Assembly (NCBI GenBank): GCA_963754925.1
Contig: CAVWHX010000004.1
Coordinates: 256,001-320,000 of the forward strand
From: an uncultured delta proteobacterium
Lineage (GTDB): Bacteria > Myxococcota > B64-G9
DNA length: 64,000 bases
Reading direction: 5' to 3'
Shown here: positions 53,873-63,495 of the stretch, one piece after another
How positions within the stretch are numbered: position 1 is the first letter of the stretch
How the letters are laid out: the number at the start of each line of letters is the position of its first letter
Notes under the pieces: model-generated
The model's input: only the letters and a program-made list of their open reading frames with translations
What the model was told of the DNA's origin: nothing
The model's database searches: none
Program-made: the position numbers and the translations under genes

Positions 53873-54259
53873 AAACCGTATCAGCAAACTTCCTTATCAT
53901 TCAACCGAGCATGTTGTTACTGCCCCGATGTGGACTCTGGCTTGTCTAATGCTTTATAGAATTCGGATCCTTAACTGCTTACCACTCGTCATCCATTCCC
54001 TCCACTGCCAGTTTTTCTATACTCTCGAGAAGGAACCGTCTGTAGATCGTCCGAATCTTTGCCGGTGTTCCATCGTTCGACAATCAATCCTCGACGATTG
54101 CGTCTACAGGCACCCGACCGCCATTTGCATAATGTTCTTGGTCAGTCGCGCCGGCTCCCGGCTGTTGTCGAGCACCCATATGAATGTTTTCATCCATTGG
54201 AATGGCCGAAGACCAGATACCACGTAATGGTGATAATTAAACGGAGTTTTCGAGTGTCG

Positions 54260-55036
54260 TTAATTCACACCGCTACAATCCGGTGTTGCCGTCTCGATAG
54301 CTGTGAAATCACTAAGATCACATGAAGGGACTGGATCCAAACACGATCCGTTGCTCATGTCTTCAGAAGAGCAAGGCAACTCGGCGCCCTGGCCGCATAA
54401 AAACAAAGGCAACGGGTTATCTAAGGTGTCACTACTATGAATGAGGATATAAGCCCGGGAAACCGTTTCGTCCATGGGGGAAAAGTTTATTTTCAAATAA
54501 GTGCACTCATTCTTAGATAACACCACCGTACCGGGAGTTTCCCATTGAAGCCGATAGAATGCACAGGCGTCAGCATTGCCGTGGAACTCGGTTTTATCCG
54601 TGTAGACCTCTAAGTTGCCGCCCCCGGAATTGCAAATTGATGAACCAACTGTGTTGGGTGTGCGACAAAATGTACCTGTGCAAAACTCGCCTGTTTGAAC
54701 TGTGTTACAATCGTTTGACGTCTGGCATGATGTATGACACCAGCCATAATCGCATTCTGTTCCATTGCTGCAACTTGTAGGATTTTGATTTACTTCACAT
54801 TGCTGACAATAGCCATATAACAAGTGTTGAAGAGGGTTATCGCAACTCGGCGTACTGGTTGGACAACCGTTGGCAGGGCAGACGATTTCTTGGTCTTCTT
54901 CTCCGGAGATCAAACCATTCGACCCAACCATGACGCGTATGTTAAGATCTATTGCAATCTTGGCACGTTCACCACTCCCACAACCAACCACACCAGCGCA
55001 CACCGCTAATCCAACAATAATAAATATTTTTCGCAT
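54260..55036 (-). CDS. Cys-rich lipoprotein with a possible Ig-like domain
   Basis: GGAGG RBS, lipobox VVGC, Cys repeats, ICNSGGGNL.V....F pattern. Confidence 0.65.
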   Translation of the reverse strand: MRKIFIIVGLAVCAGVVGCGSGERAKIAIDLNIRVMVGSNGLISGEEDQEIVCPANGCPTSTPSCDNPLQHLLYGYCQQCEVNQNPTSCSNGTECDYGWCHTSCQTSNDCNTVQTGEFCTGTFCRTPNTVGSSICNSGGGNLEVYTDKTEFHGNADACAFYRLQWETPGTVVLSKNECTYLKINFSPMDETVSRAYILIHSSDTLDNPLPLFLCGQGAELPCSSEDMSNGSCLDPVPSCDLSDFTAIETATPDCSGVN

Positions 55037-55418
55037 TCACGTACCTCCATAGTTGCGATGGCGGACATTCATAACGTTAATATTTTGAACTCTTGTTAAC
55101 GCTCTGTCAACTATTCGTATCTATTCTTATCATAACATATATCATCGTTATAATTGCCGAAATCAATAATGACATAACACCGATAATTTTCATGCTAACG
55201 TTATTATCGATAGCCGCTGGCTGCGTCTACGGCGCTCTACCGAAGAGCAGGCGATATATTTTTAACTGAATTTCTTTCTTGCCAAAGAAACCCGATGGTG
55301 TACTATCTCGCTGCAATTGAGGTTTTATAATAACAGAAGCAAAAAATAGGCAGGATGGTTCGATATCGGCAGTCGAAAAACGTAGCCGCGTTCTCTATGA
55401 AATCGCGAGGAGCATCGG

Positions 55419-56729
55419 ATGTATTGGCTCAGCAAGAGCTTCCATCTCATGAACCGCGCCAAACGGCGGATTCTCATATTCCTGGCCGTCCTCGGCCCCG
55501 GCATCATCACCATGGTGGCGGATAACGATGCCGGCGGGATAGCAACGTACTCGGTGACCGGCTCGCAGTACGGTTTTAAGCTTTTGTGGATTTTTTTCAT
55601 TCTCGTGCCCATGGCTTATTTTATCCAGGAAATGACCGTTCGCCTGGGGGCAGTCACCAAACGAGGTCACGCCGAAGCAATTTTCGAGGGATTTGGCAAG
55701 TTCTGGGGATGGTTCTCGCTCATCGATTTGGCCGTTGTCAATTGGCTCACGCTGGTTACCGAATACATCGGGATGACTGCGGCCATGAGCATGTTCGGGG
55801 TCCCCCCGTGGATTACGTATATTGGGGTGACCCTGATTCTGTTTTCTGTCGTCATCAGCGGAAAGTATTGGACGTTTGAAAAAATCACACTTTTTTTCTG
55901 CGTGTTCAACTTGGTTTACGTGCCGGCCGCCTTCTGGGCCATGAGCTCACCCACAGCACCTAGTTGGGGGGAAGTCGGAAAGGGGCTTCTCATACCAAGT
56001 CTAACCAGCAGCGCCACGGGAGCCCTGATATTTATACTTCTTGCCAATATCGGCACCACCATCACCCCCTGGCAGATATTCTTCCAGCAGAGCGCCGTTG
56101 TGGACAAGGGTATGGATATCCACGATATAAATTTTGGCAAGGTAGATACATTAGTCGGTTCTTTTCTCACCTGCCTGGTTGCGGCCTTCATCATCATCGC
56201 CACCGGCGCGGCCTTTTTCTATCATCAGCCCCCGATCGTAGTTGAGGACGCCAAACAAACCGCCGAGGCGCTGGTACCCCTCTTGCCGGGCGGTCATGGT
56301 GAGCTCGCCCGTAAACTCTTTGCCATCGGTCTTTTTGACGCCGGGTTCCTCGGGGCCCTCTGCATTTCATTATCCACCTCTTGGGCGGTCGGAGAGGTTT
56401 TCGGCTGGGCCCACTCCCTCAACCAACGAGTCAAGGATGCCCCTTGGTTTTATATAATCTATTTAGGAATACTTTTCACCTCGGGCGCCGTAGTGCTCAT
56501 TCCAGGGGCGCCGCTGATTACCATCACGATGTTTGTTCAGGTGGTTGCAGTTACGTTATTGCCGTCGGCGTTGGTGTTTTTGATTTTGATTTTAAACGAC
56601 ACATCCTTTATGGGTACCTACGTCAACAACCGAAGACAAAATATCGCCAACTGGTCGATTGTTATATTTGTCACCGTGATGTCAACCCTGTTCGCCGTCA
56701 GTACCCTGTTTCCGCAGTGGTTTGGATAG
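55419..56729 (+). CDS. NRAMP-family divalent metal transporter
   Basis: LGPGIITMVADNDAGGIATYS, QEMTVRLG, GTTITPWQIFFQQS. Confidence 0.9.
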   Translation: MYWLSKSFHLMNRAKRRILIFLAVLGPGIITMVADNDAGGIATYSVTGSQYGFKLLWIFFILVPMAYFIQEMTVRLGAVTKRGHAEAIFEGFGKFWGWFSLIDLAVVNWLTLVTEYIGMTAAMSMFGVPPWITYIGVTLILFSVVISGKYWTFEKITLFFCVFNLVYVPAAFWAMSSPTAPSWGEVGKGLLIPSLTSSATGALIFILLANIGTTITPWQIFFQQSAVVDKGMDIHDINFGKVDTLVGSFLTCLVAAFIIIATGAAFFYHQPPIVVEDAKQTAEALVPLLPGGHGELARKLFAIGLFDAGFLGALCISLSTSWAVGEVFGWAHSLNQRVKDAPWFYIIYLGILFTSGAVVLIPGAPLITITMFVQVVAVTLLPSALVFLILILNDTSFMGTYVNNRRQNIANWSIVIFVTVMSTLFAVSTLFPQWFG

Positions 56730-56746
56730 CCGATCGGTAAGGAGTT

Positions 56747-58024
56747 ATGATGTCCACGCAATCTGAACAGACTAAGAAGGTCTATGATCCCGCCCTGGGG
56801 GTCGGCGACTTCAGGTTCCTGTACTTTTCACAACTCCTCAAGAGACCGGTATGCGCCGGCAAGATCAAGGACCGGCTGGGAAAAGTTGCCGACCTGGTTT
56901 TCACCGTCAAAGAACCCTACCCGGAGGCGGCCGGCATCTACCTCGAGTTCGGTTGGGGCAAGCCCACGCAATTGGTTCCCTGGGACCGTGTATTGCGCAT
57001 AGAGGATGACGCCATCTTTGTAAAACCCCCCGATGAGGGCGACCGCTATAAACCGTTTGTCGACCAGCCTGGTTGGATCTTGCTCGACAAACATCTCATC
57101 GGGAGGACCATCCTCGACATGGATGGCAGGCGTATCGAGGTCGTCAACGACGTGCACCTGCTCGAAGCTAAAGGGCACTTGCTCTTGGTTCATGTCGATT
57201 CCTCGTTCAATGGTCTGCTGCGGCGTTGGCGGCTTGGCAGTCAATTGATTAAAGACAACCTGATCTCCTGGAAATATGTCCAACCGTTGTCGTTAGAGGA
57301 CGCAATCGCCACCGATAAGGTTTCATTGTCGGTTACGAGAAGGCAGCTCAAAGAGTTGCCCCCTGAAGACCTGGCCGATGCGCTGGAGCAGCTCGGGGGT
57401 GAGGAACAAGAAGCTCTGTTCTCCGCACTGGATTCCGAAAAGGCGGCCGAAACCCTCGTTGAGGCTGAGCCGCGGGCCCAGCGTCAACTTATTGCCAACT
57501 TACGACAGGAACGCGCCCGCCAGATTCTTTCCGAGATGAGCATTCCGCAGCTGGCCAGCCTTTTCAGCGTGATTCCCCATGACGATATGACGGAACTCCA
57601 GGCGCTCCTTTCGTCAGACCGCGCCCAGCGCATCAAGGAGATCTTATCAGCGCGCGAGGCCAAGGCCGGCAATATGATGAGCCAAGAATTTGTAACCTTT
57701 CAAAAGGAGGTCACGGTCGGCGAAGTTCTCCAGAATCTCCGCTCATCCCGCCACAATCCCAAGAACATTTCATATATTTATGTGGTGACGAGCTCAGAGA
57801 ATTTCCTCCAGGGCGTAGTGGATCTGCGCGATTTAGTGTTGGCGCAAGACAACCTCACGCTCGGCGACCTGATGGTCTCTCCGGTGGTTTCGGCCGAGGA
57901 GGACGACACCCAGGATGATCTCATCGAGCTCTTCGCCAAATATCATTATCGCATGGTGCCGGTGGTCGATCCCCAGGATCGTATTCGCGGCATTATCCGG
58001 CATAATGATCTTACTAAGAACTAA
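56747..58024 (+). CDS. MgtE intracellular N-domain/CBS-pair protein with PRC-barrel-like N-terminus
   Basis: ILDMDGRR...VNDV, LPPEDLADALEQL, AAETL.E, YIYVV...LQGVV.LRDL, PVVD; no TM domain. Confidence 0.85.
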   Translation: MMSTQSEQTKKVYDPALGVGDFRFLYFSQLLKRPVCAGKIKDRLGKVADLVFTVKEPYPEAAGIYLEFGWGKPTQLVPWDRVLRIEDDAIFVKPPDEGDRYKPFVDQPGWILLDKHLIGRTILDMDGRRIEVVNDVHLLEAKGHLLLVHVDSSFNGLLRRWRLGSQLIKDNLISWKYVQPLSLEDAIATDKVSLSVTRRQLKELPPEDLADALEQLGGEEQEALFSALDSEKAAETLVEAEPRAQRQLIANLRQERARQILSEMSIPQLASLFSVIPHDDMTELQALLSSDRAQRIKEILSAREAKAGNMMSQEFVTFQKEVTVGEVLQNLRSSRHNPKNISYIYVVTSSENFLQGVVDLRDLVLAQDNLTLGDLMVSPVVSAEEDDTQDDLIELFAKYHYRMVPVVDPQDRIRGIIRHNDLTKN

Positions 58025-58048
58025 TAGTATTCGAGAAGAGGTGCCCGC

Positions 58049-58162
58049 ATGCCTCGCATAACCATGACCCCCACCGTGAAGGTGGCGCTTTACTTTCTTC
58101 GGTTCTATCTCATCATGCTGCTTGCCCTGATTATCTTTCGGTTTTTGCAGGAACTTCAATGA
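58049..58162 (+). CDS. 37-aa single-TM protein in the NRAMP/MgtE operon
   Basis: Below the ORF-track cutoff: MPRITMTPTVKVALYFLRFYLIMLLALIIFRFLQELQ, with a GAGGT RBS. Confidence 0.65.
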   Translation: MPRITMTPTVKVALYFLRFYLIMLLALIIFRFLQELQ

Positions 58163-58178
58163 AACTAAATAGATGCCG

Positions 58179-59573
58179 TTATTCCTCGTCCCCTCGTGGC
58201 TTCTTCTCAGGCGGCGAAAGCCCATGCTTTTCGAGGAGAGAATAGAGATGCTTACGGTCAATGCCGGCTTCGCGGGCCGCTCCCGCCACGCCGCCCGAAG
58301 CGCGCGCGAGCAACCGTTTGAGGTATTCGCTTTCAAAGGCTTCGACGAGATGCTCCTTGGCCTCCTTAAACGGTATCGCGTAGTCTGGTATCAGCGCACC
58401 GGGAGACGCCCCTATTCCGGCACCCGCGCTCGACTGACGCGTGCCGTCCGGTGCGCCGGGGAAACACTCCCCATCGAGAGCCTGGCTGCGCTCGACCGCG
58501 TTACGCAATTCGCGCACGTTGCCTGGCCAGGAGTGGTTCAAGAAGCGCTCGCGGTTTGCGGCCGGCAACTCGTCAAAGCGCGCCGCGGTATCCCCGGCAA
58601 AGTGTTCGTAGAGCACAGGAATGTCTTCGGGCCGCTCCCGCAGCGCCGGCAAGTGAATGGTGACCACCGAGAGGCGGTAGTAGAGATCCTCGCGGAAACG
58701 ACCGGCCGCCACCTCCATCCATAGATCCTTCTTGGAGGCCGCCACGACGCGCGCGTTGAAAGAAACCGATTGGTTGGAACCCAACCGGACAAACACCCGC
58801 TCCTCTAATGCGCGCAGCAACTTCGGCTGCAAATCCATCGGCAAGTCGTCGAGCTCATCTAAAAAAAGGGTCCCGCCGTCGCTGGTTTCCAACGCGCCCT
58901 TACGCGGAGCGCTCGCCCCGGTAAAGGCGCCCTTGACATGGCCGAACAACTCGCTCTCAATCAGATTGCGCGCCACGGCCCCGCAATCGACCGTGATAAG
59001 CGGCCCGTTCGTGCGCGGGCTCTGTTCATGCAGCGCGGCAACGGCCGCGCCTTTTCCGGTACCGGTTTCACCAAGCAGCAGCACGGTGGCGTCGAGGGGC
59101 GCGACCTTCTCGAGTAGGGCAAAGATCTCCCGCATGCGCACCGATCGGCCCAGCATGGTGCCAAAGCGTTCGCGCTCGGAGGGCGCAATCCGCACGGGGT
59201 CGTAACCGGCCTGAAAACGTAAAACCACTCCGCCGGCTTTAACGAGCGCCCCGGGACGCAGGTAGGCCTCGCGTACCCGGGCGCCGTCGAGCTCGGTTCC
59301 ATTCGTGCTCTCGAGGTCTTTGATCAAATACCGGCCGCCCTCGGAGATGATCTCAAAATGTTGGCGGCTGACGGTGAGGTCCGGAATACACAAGTCGCAG
59401 TCGGGGCTCTTGCCCACCACCAGCCGATCGCCGGTTATGGCGTGCACCGCGCCCGGGTGAGGTCCTTCGACCTCGACCAGATTGCAACGCTGTAAGCTGA
59501 GACCGGAATAGCTCTCGGCGCGTATCGCGTGGGTTGAGGTCGTAGCCTTTGAAAATTTTTTTTCATTGGACAT
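58179..59573 (-). CDS. FHA-domain sigma54-dependent enhancer-binding protein (Fis-type HTH)
   Basis: FHA (VGKS..CD...D..VSRQH, DLESTNGT), GETGTGK, ESELFGHVKGAFTGA, WPGNVRELRN, AAREAGIDRKHLY. Confidence 0.95.
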   Translation of the reverse strand: MSNEKKFSKATTSTHAIRAESYSGLSLQRCNLVEVEGPHPGAVHAITGDRLVVGKSPDCDLCIPDLTVSRQHFEIISEGGRYLIKDLESTNGTELDGARVREAYLRPGALVKAGGVVLRFQAGYDPVRIAPSERERFGTMLGRSVRMREIFALLEKVAPLDATVLLLGETGTGKGAAVAALHEQSPRTNGPLITVDCGAVARNLIESELFGHVKGAFTGASAPRKGALETSDGGTLFLDELDDLPMDLQPKLLRALEERVFVRLGSNQSVSFNARVVAASKKDLWMEVAAGRFREDLYYRLSVVTIHLPALRERPEDIPVLYEHFAGDTAARFDELPAANRERFLNHSWPGNVRELRNAVERSQALDGECFPGAPDGTRQSSAGAGIGASPGALIPDYAIPFKEAKEHLVEAFESEYLKRLLARASGGVAGAAREAGIDRKHLYSLLEKHGLSPPEKKPRGDEE

Positions 59574-59914
59574 GGCTTAAGGCAAGTATAGGCAAGCCGT
59601 GCAATAGTGTAAAGAACTGATACCGAGCGATGCTCGGTAGCGTCCTAATTTGAATTATCCTAAAATATAGGAGGTAGTGGGTAGTTTTGGGTTCTCCAGA
59701 CGTTGATCCTTACTCCGGCTCTGCTCCAGGTCAGCTTTGTTATTTTTTCCCTTTCCACACTCGGGCGCGCATTATAGCTAGCGTTCGCCCATCCGCTCTG
59801 CTCTCTCAAAGACTGGACGGTACATGGACATTTGAAGTCGATTTGACGCAACTATGAGTGCCACGGGCGGAGCGCTGGGGAACAGCAGAAAGCCTAAGAA
59901 GGGCCACGCCACCT

Positions 59915-60132
59915 TCGGCTTGATTTATAAATCCGACTGCAGCAACTGCGCGCTGTTCATGACGAAAAATGGCTTCGATATCTCTACCACCATCAGGTCA
60001 GCCTCGCAGGTGTCTTGGGCGAACCTCAGAGAATCTCTTGTCAATCGACAGTATCGCGAGACACATTTGTTCACGATGCAATTGATTCGTGTCGAGATAA
60101 CTCTTCAGTCTCTCATCAGTTTGATATGGCAT
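59915..60132 (-). pseudogene. truncated restriction-endonuclease-like (PD-(D/E)XK) gene remnant with an in-frame TGA
   Basis: Manual translation: MPYQTDERLKSYLDTNQLHREQMCLAILSIDKRFSEVRPRHLRG*PDGGRDIEAIFRHEQRAVAAVGFINQA. Confidence 0.5.
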
Positions 60133-60427
60133 CAAGTCCCCATCAATTTTTATCAACGCGAAGCCGGTCGGTTTGCGTTAAAACATTTTTCTTGAATAAG
60201 TTAGTTTGTTTTACATCGACAAAATGTGGCCCAAATTGCACCTCTTTCATCTCCCTTTCTTGCGCTGATCAAAGCGACCAGAGCTCAAAAACCTTTACGA
60301 CTTAAAAACCAACCTTGCAATTATCTTTTTTTACCCGATAGCGGGGGAATCAACCATTAGGGGATTTCTTTCCGAGGGGCTTTGTAGGGCAACTGACACA
60401 TGCCTCCTACGTCGTCCAAAATCATAA

Positions 60428-60869
60428 CTACACATAATTGTTGAGTTGTAATATCTTCAGCCCAGAGATTTGGGGGAGATCTCGGTCGTTGGTTATTAGG
60501 GTCGTGCATCCGCAACGCAAAGCCGTCGCGATCTGGATCGCATCAGGCATTTTTACATACGACATCGCCCGGAGATAGGCGGCCTCTTTTAAGACGAACC
60601 GATCAATATCCACCAGGTGAAGTCCCTTGCTCCGTGACAAAAATTCCTCGTACTTTTGAGCCAGCCCAGGGTTGTTGTTGCGGAATGGAATCACCCATAC
60701 TTCGGCCAAAGTTTAATGCCGAGGTAAAGGCTTGGAGCTTGCCTTGAGCAATACCATGGAAAACCGACTCGACCACCGACAAATACTCTTTATGCTCCTC
60801 GATAAAATATATAAATGGGGCGGTATCCAGATAGGCGGGGCCTTTGCCCAGATCTTTGGTTAATCCCAT
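60428..60869 (-). CDS. vapC: VapC-like PIN-domain toxin, frameshift near 60714
   Basis: AYLDTAPFIYFIE, TSAL(T)LAEV, DAIQIATAL, LITND. Confidence 0.85.
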
Positions 60870-61090
60870 GAGTCACGCTCGGTCCGAACGTGAGCAGCGG
60901 CGTCTACCTCGCGCCAGATTTCCTTCCCGAGACCCCGGAGGCCCAGAATGGACATCGATTCTTTCTCTTCCAGGGCATTTCGAAGAATGTAGATCACCTG
61001 TTGCGACACGGAGCGATTTTCTTTCTTTGAAAGAACCCGGATCTTCTTGTAAAGCCTATCGGGAAAACTCTTTACGTTGAGTACAGCCAT
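60860..61090 (-). CDS. ribbon-helix-helix antitoxin (FitA/VapB-like)
   Basis: MAVLNVKSFPDRLYKKIRVLSKKENRSVSQQVIYIL, LRGLGKEIW; overlaps the PIN gene start. Confidence 0.85.
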   Translation of the reverse strand: MAVLNVKSFPDRLYKKIRVLSKKENRSVSQQVIYILRNALEEKESMSILGLRGLGKEIWREVDAAAHVRTERDSWD

Positions 61091-61221
61091 TGATCCTCCT
61101 TCTTCCTCCATTTTGGAGTAATTTTTCAAATTGTCAAGATTATAATTTAGTAACTAAATTAAACACTACCCAATGCCCTCTCTATTTGTTAGCAACGCTT
61201 TCCTGTGCTAGATTCCTTCCT

Positions 61222-62247
61222 ATGATACCTAACGAACCCCTCGAATCAGCCGTGGTCGAACGCGCCCATGGCGCCGGAGGCCGGGCAACCGGTCGATTAA
61301 TCCGGGACCTCTTCCTCAAACATTTGGGCAATCCCGAATTGGCGCGACTCAACGACGGGGCGATAATCGCTCTCTCGGGAGACCTCGCTTTTTCAACCGA
61401 CGCCTTCGTGGTCGAGCCGCTGGAGTTTCCCGGAGGCGACATCGGCACGTTGGCGGTGTGTGGAACGGTTAACGACATCGCCATGTGCGGCGCTCTCCCG
61501 CGCTTTCTTTCAGCAGCGTTTATATTGGAAGAGGGTTTGCCGCTGTCGCTTCTCGAGCGCCTCGTCACCAGCATGGCTGCGGAGAGCCGCAAAGCTGGCG
61601 TGGCGATAGTAACCGGCGACACGAAAGTGCTCCCCCGCGGCCGGGGCGACGGCGTATTTATTGCCACCAGCGGGGTGGGTGTACGGTTACCCGGCGTCGA
61701 GGTTAGCGGGGATCGAGCCCGTCCCGGCGACCGCATCCTGGTCAGCGGTCCGGTTGGCGATCACGGCGCCACCATTATGGCCGTGCGAGCCGGGATCAAT
61801 TTGACCGGCAGCCTTCGTTCAGATTGCGCTTCGGTGGCGAAGCTAACGCTTGATCTCCTCACGCGCTTTCCAGCCGTTCATTGCTTGCGCGATCCAACCC
61901 GAGGCGGGCTCGCGGCTGTGCTCAACGAGTTCGCCGCGGCTTCGGGTGTAGGGATCTGGGTTGACGAGCGCGCCGTTCCGATCGCGCCCGACACCCGCGT
62001 CGCCTGCGAACTGCTTGGACTGGATCCACTCCACCTCGCCTGCGAAGGTCGATTTGTGGCGGTTGTACCCCAAGAACTGGCGGTTCATGCACTGGCTTTG
62101 TTACGAAGCCTGCCGGGAGGAGAAGGCGCCGCCGATATTGGTGATGTTCGTCCCGAACCATCCGGCCAGGTCATTTTAATAACCACCATAGGCGGTAGCC
62201 GGTTGCTAGACCAGCCAGAGGGCGAGCCCCTTCCCCGCATTTGTTAA
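61222..62247 (+). CDS. hypE: hydrogenase maturation protein HypE
   Basis: HGAGG, FPGGDIG.LAVCGTVND, IVTGDTKV, RDPTRGG, EGRF, C-terminal PRIC. Confidence 0.95.
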   Translation: MIPNEPLESAVVERAHGAGGRATGRLIRDLFLKHLGNPELARLNDGAIIALSGDLAFSTDAFVVEPLEFPGGDIGTLAVCGTVNDIAMCGALPRFLSAAFILEEGLPLSLLERLVTSMAAESRKAGVAIVTGDTKVLPRGRGDGVFIATSGVGVRLPGVEVSGDRARPGDRILVSGPVGDHGATIMAVRAGINLTGSLRSDCASVAKLTLDLLTRFPAVHCLRDPTRGGLAAVLNEFAAASGVGIWVDERAVPIAPDTRVACELLGLDPLHLACEGRFVAVVPQELAVHALALLRSLPGGEGAADIGDVRPEPSGQVILITTIGGSRLLDQPEGEPLPRIC

Positions 62248-62954
62248 CAACTAGTAGCATCTACTATTTCATATTGAACTCTGCGGCCTCTAACCCGTTA
62301 TTGCCCTGGGTAAGATACATATCCTGGGTCAAAAAAGACCTCAAAAACACCTCCCGGATCACAATTAATAATATTATAACTACTTGATTTTGTTGCTTTG
62401 ATAAAATGGCATAAGAATTGTAGATAATATTTTCGGCCGGAAAAATCTACGGAGTGATCGTGAGACCGCAGCCGATTTTTAGACATGCCGTCCTTATTCT
62501 GGTAGTCTTCCACACCCCTGACCAGATAAAGGATGCGGACGGTTTCAAATCTATTGAGACCGAAGGGCGACAACTAATTCCAATCGCGCTGGGGGATTCC
62601 GCTTGTGCGATCGCGCGATCACAGTAGGCCGGCCAATTTTAAAAATACTCTGCTAGTCCGAAGCAGGTTGCCCCAATAAAGATAATACCCACCTTTCACC
62701 CCCTTCTTCCTCTTAAGGAGAGGGTGGCGCTTTCGCGCGGGTGACGGGTTTTTTGAGTTTTACTACACCCTCGTCAGGGAAGAAGGGATTAAGTATTTCC
62801 CTCTCGCAACCTTGAGGCAGCTCGCTTTTCCCCCCTACGAAAAATGCTCTTGCGTCTTTTAATCAGAGTTGTCTAAAGTCTATCCGTTGATCGGCGAGCA
62901 AATTAACCGCATATCAAACAGAGCGTTAGGCAAAAGCCTGGATCGCGAATCGTT

Positions 62955-63495
62955 GTGAATACTGATGTAGAGGTGTTATTAACTGAAAGCCAGATCCAAT
63001 CACGGGTTGCTGAACTCGGTGCGGCAATAACCCGCGACTTCAAGGGATTGAATCTTTTATTGGTCGGGGTATTGAAGGGTTCGTTTGTTTTCCTGGCTGA
63101 TCTCTGCCGGAACATAGCGTTGCCGTTGACCATAGATTTTTTTAGGATTATCGAGTTACCGCGATCGGACCACCTCTGGCCATATCAGCATTACTTCTGA
63201 CCTTACCATGGCGATCGAAGGAATGGATGTACTTGTGGTAGAGGATATTATCGATACCGGATCGAGCATGCGATACCTGCTTCTTGAACTAACCGCCCGT
63301 CGCCCGCGGAGTCTCAAGGTTTGTGCATTGCTTGAAAAACCTTCGCGGCGCACGGTGAACGTACCCATTGATTATCTGGGATTTGCAGTTCCTAATGTTT
63401 TTGTGGTTGGCTACGGTCTCGATTACCGGGGACAATACCGCAATCTCAAACAAATAGGAGTAGTTTCCACCACGGAAGGAGGACACCATGCCTGA
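62955..63495 (+). CDS. hpt: hypoxanthine phosphoribosyltransferase, frameshift in the T7 run at 63137-63143
   Basis: GVLKGSFVFLADL, SSY, VLVVEDIIDTG, FVVGYGLDY..YRNL. Confidence 0.93.

Noticed and set aside
53880..54250. Short ORFs after the membrane protein gene
   Set aside because: No recognisable motif and stops in all plausible frames; at most a decayed remnant.
55200..55418. Metal-sensing riboswitch (M-box or yybP-ykoY) upstream of the NRAMP gene
   Set aside because: I could not identify the conserved core sequences; an Infernal/Rfam search would be needed.
59998..60000. In-frame TGA as selenocysteine or recoding
   Set aside because: The position fits Gly in a GGPDGG-type motif, the gene is truncated, and TGA is a normal stop elsewhere in the window.
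62250..62900. 91-aa minus-strand ORF and purine/pyrimidine-rich hairpin-like tracts
   Set aside because: No recognisable family and no convincing second copy in the window.
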